This document shows positions 62,765 through 64,000 of a stretch of 64,000 nt of DNA, one piece after another. Source of the DNA: Azolla caroliniana. Lineage: Eukaryota > Plantae > Polypodiophyta. Location of the stretch: the NCBI GenBank assembly GCA_043228905.1, contig JBHGNT010000016.1:12028001-12092000 (forward strand), given 5' to 3'. Every line of letters begins with the position of its first letter. The first letter of the stretch is position 1. The position numbers and the translations under genes were made by a program. The notes beneath the pieces are model-generated. The model did not search any database, was not told where the DNA came from, and saw only the letters and a list, made by a program, of their open reading frames with translations.

Positions 62765-63306
62765 GCATGCCGAAAGCGGATCGGGTTGACGAGACATCCC
62801 ATGCTGGAGTGAAGGGGGAGATTGTTGGGAAGTCGATCCCTCCAGATGGGATCCGGTTATGAATGAAGAGATCGGGAAACCAGATCGGATGGACCCGGTG
62901 GGAACCGGAAGAGAAGACATATTTGTAAATATGTTTTGAGTAAGCCTATTGAGGCTATATTTGTAAGTAGCCCTAAGTTCATATGAGTAAAAATATGACC
63001 CAGGGCAATCACAGGAGTTGTGTGGTTGTCATATTGTTGTATCTGCATAACTGTTGTATAGAGAGAGAGGAGATACAAAGCGACTTTTGTTGTAACCGCC
63101 GGTTGGTGAAGACATAGAGCTCGAGGTCATTGCCTCCGAGTCTCTGATTGTACCTTTCTTATATAGGGATAGTTGGAGTCTGTGGGCTCCCATGCTTTTT
63201 CCTATTTAGGGTTTCCACGTAAGCATCTTGTGTCATCTCTATGTTAGTTTGTTTTCTTCCATTCGTTGTTTAAGTCTCGGTTGTGGCCGAGCGCTATTTT
63301 CTTCAC
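62765..63306 (+). mobile_element. Copia family A-related 3' end: last pol codons, PPT and LTR (62823-63306)
   Basis: CRKRIGLTRHPMLE* matches the pol end at 458-510; GGAGTGAAGGGGGAGAT followed by TGTTGGG...CTTCACA. Confidence 0.8.
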
Positions 63307-64000
63307 ATATTCATTATACCCATACCGCTTGATGAGATTCTTTTGGCAGGTCGATCGGCATAACTTCTTGTTAGCCGATTTAAGGGCCCTCTTGGATGAC
63401 TCGGACTTCGTCTTTGAAGGTCCATTTTCATTCTATCCGTAGTCAGATTCACTCCAATACGACTTGTCCCTACCAGTGTCATATTCCGAACTTTTCTTCT
63501 TCCCCTACTCTTTGCACGTGAACCATCTCCTCGGTTCCTTGCTCGGCGACAGCACAATCAAGTCTCCACTACTCGACGGGTCATCATCCACTGGTTGTTC
63601 TAACTTAGTCACTTATTCGGCCCGCTCAACCGAAATGAGATCGGACTCTCGTCCAGAGTACCGAACTCTTCTTCCTTTTCTTCTACCCAAATTATGTCGG
63701 GCTCATTGGCCTCATTCTCTGGAGTCGGATGATCGGAGTTGTGAGGGGTTGGAGTCAGTAAAGATTACCATGATGCCGACTCATCGAAATCGACATCTCG
63801 GGTCACTAAAACTTGTGAGTAGCCAACCAATATGCATTTCTCCGACTTTGGGTCGAACTTCCTCCTTTCTCATCGGGCACATGCACATAGGCAATGTTGT
63901 CAAATATCTTCAAGTGTCATAAGTTCGTCTTCCATCTGAAATACAACTCGTGTGCCCACACCTTCTCACCAATCCGATTTTGGATGTAGACGGTTGTCCG
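63307..64000 (-). pseudogene. Copia integrase C-terminal/linker remnant running off the window
   Basis: AYVHVPDEK...KFDPKSEKCILVGYSQ and VSDRDV-like motifs on -. Confidence 0.7.

Overview
Eukaryotic nuclear DNA from a land plant (spliceosomal GT-AG introns, plant-type genes; the TE families suggest a non-seed plant such as a fern, by inference). Host genes are islands in a sea of retrotransposons: tRNA-Pro(AGG); an RNase H-like/RBR E3 ligase with a C-terminal CCCH zinc finger (-); a carbonyl reductase-type SDR (+); a sphingoid long-chain base kinase (LCBK1-like, -); and a 673-aa intronless ORF of unknown function (-). Between about 25.3 and 39.9 kb is a four-level nest: old Copia RT remnant > Copia (TSD CACTT) > pol-less gag-only LTR element > young chromovirus (TSD GAACC). 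The chromovirus (29919-34858) is the most unusual object. It has near-identical 549-bp LTRs and one open gag-RT-RH-IN-chromodomain ORF lacking the protease. Its PBS is complementary to the predicted 5' end of its own transcript (Tf1-like self-priming), and each LTR carries a tRNA-like A-box/B-box module. Also present: a 4 x 329-bp tandem array spanning an LTR/target junction, a hAT MITE with an 8-bp TSD, a truncated LINE and many Copia/Gypsy remnants. All calls were made by eye, without database searches.
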